From an uncultured Methylomirabilota bacterium (GTDB taxonomy: Bacteria; Methylomirabilota; Methylomirabilia; Methylomirabilales; 2-02-FULL-66-22): a stretch of 64,000 bases of DNA. Numbering within the stretch: position 1 is the stretch's first letter; the number at the start of each line of letters is the position of its first letter. The DNA is taken from NCBI GenBank assembly GCA_963705305.1, contig OY970067.1, positions 4,064,001 through 4,128,000 of the forward strand. The letters are read 5' to 3'. The position numbers and the translations under genes are program-made. This document shows, one piece after another, positions 63,327 to 64,000 of this stretch. The notes below the pieces were generated by a model. It saw nothing but the letters and a program-made list of their open reading frames with translations. It was not told where the DNA came from and did not search any database.

Positions 63327-64000
63327 TCACGCAATCTCCTCCAGCGATCGGCCCCGTCCCTCGATGCCCCACACGACCTCCATCAGCGCGCCGGCCAGCA
63401 GCACGAGGCCAGTGACGAGGAAAGCCAAGGTCAGGCCTGACCGCAGCATGGCCGTCAGGGCCACCGGGCCGATCATGGCGCCGATTCGACCGAACGCCAC
63501 GGCCGATCCGATGCCCGAGGCCCGGACCGTGGTTGGGAAGATCTCGGTTGTGGTGATGTACACCACACCGGCCGCCGCAAACGCAAAGAAGTACATCACC
63601 GCAATCATGGTGACAAAGAGGCCGCGGGTCAGCAGATGCTCGCTGGCGACCACGCCGACGAGGATCGCGATCAGGCCGGCCAGCCCGTAGGAGGCGATGA
63701 CCGCCTGGCGCCGGCCCCACGCATCGGCGAGCCAGCTCATTACAACCACCCCGATCGTCCCGAGGCCGGTCAGGAACATCAGGGCCAGCGGGACCATTTT
63801 GGGCTCGTAGCTATACGTCCTGACCAGAATGATTGGGATCAGTGAGAAGGCGGCGTAGTAGGGGAAAGCCTGGCTGAAGTTGAGGACCCAGGCCAGGGCG
63901 ACCTGGTGGGGATAGTGCCGGATGAGCCCGACGTAATGGCTGAAGAACGAGGTGCGGGGGGCGGCGACGACGGTCACCGGCGCCGCGACGCGGGGCAGGG
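63327..64000 (-). CDS. MFS transporter, C-terminal half (start outside the window)
   Basis: LADAWGRR, TEIFPTTVRASG and GRSLEEI. Confidence 0.9.
   Translation of the reverse strand, partial: LPRVAAPVTVVAAPRTSFFSHYVGLIRHYPHQVALAWVLNFSQAFPYYAAFSLIPIILVRTYSYEPKMVPLALMFLTGLGTIGVVVMSWLADAWGRRQAVIASYGLAGLIAILVGVVASEHLLTRGLFVTMIAVMYFFAFAAAGVVYITTTEIFPTTVRASGIGSAVAFGRIGAMIGPVALTAMLRSGLTLAFLVTGLVLLAGALMEVVWGIEGRGRSLEEIA

Overview
High-GC (by eye) bacterial accessory region that looks like a decayed defence/DNA-repair island (about 1-49 kb), followed by a two-component signalling cluster and metabolic genes (about 49.7-64 kb). It holds two unrelated-looking AddB/AddA-like helicase-nuclease operons, one disrupted by an IS21 element. 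It also has two paralogous HTH-WYL regulators, a NERD-helicase, an exact 1409-bp inverted duplication carrying an SDH/ClpP-like peptidase, an AbiE-type (type IV) TA pair, an HNH-NACHT (NLR-like) protein and three type II TA loci. Mobile elements are IS1380, IS110 with a recognisable bridge-RNA region, IS21, a group II intron and MITEs; there are several gene remnants. The main new observation is a promoter architecture, TGTGRC-N7-GYCACA-N9-TANNNT, found six times. It sits upstream of both AddAB-like operons and both peptidase copies, and divergent from both WYL genes. This suggests a WYL-activated (PafBC/DriD-like) regulon. All calls come from reading motifs by eye; no database searches were run.
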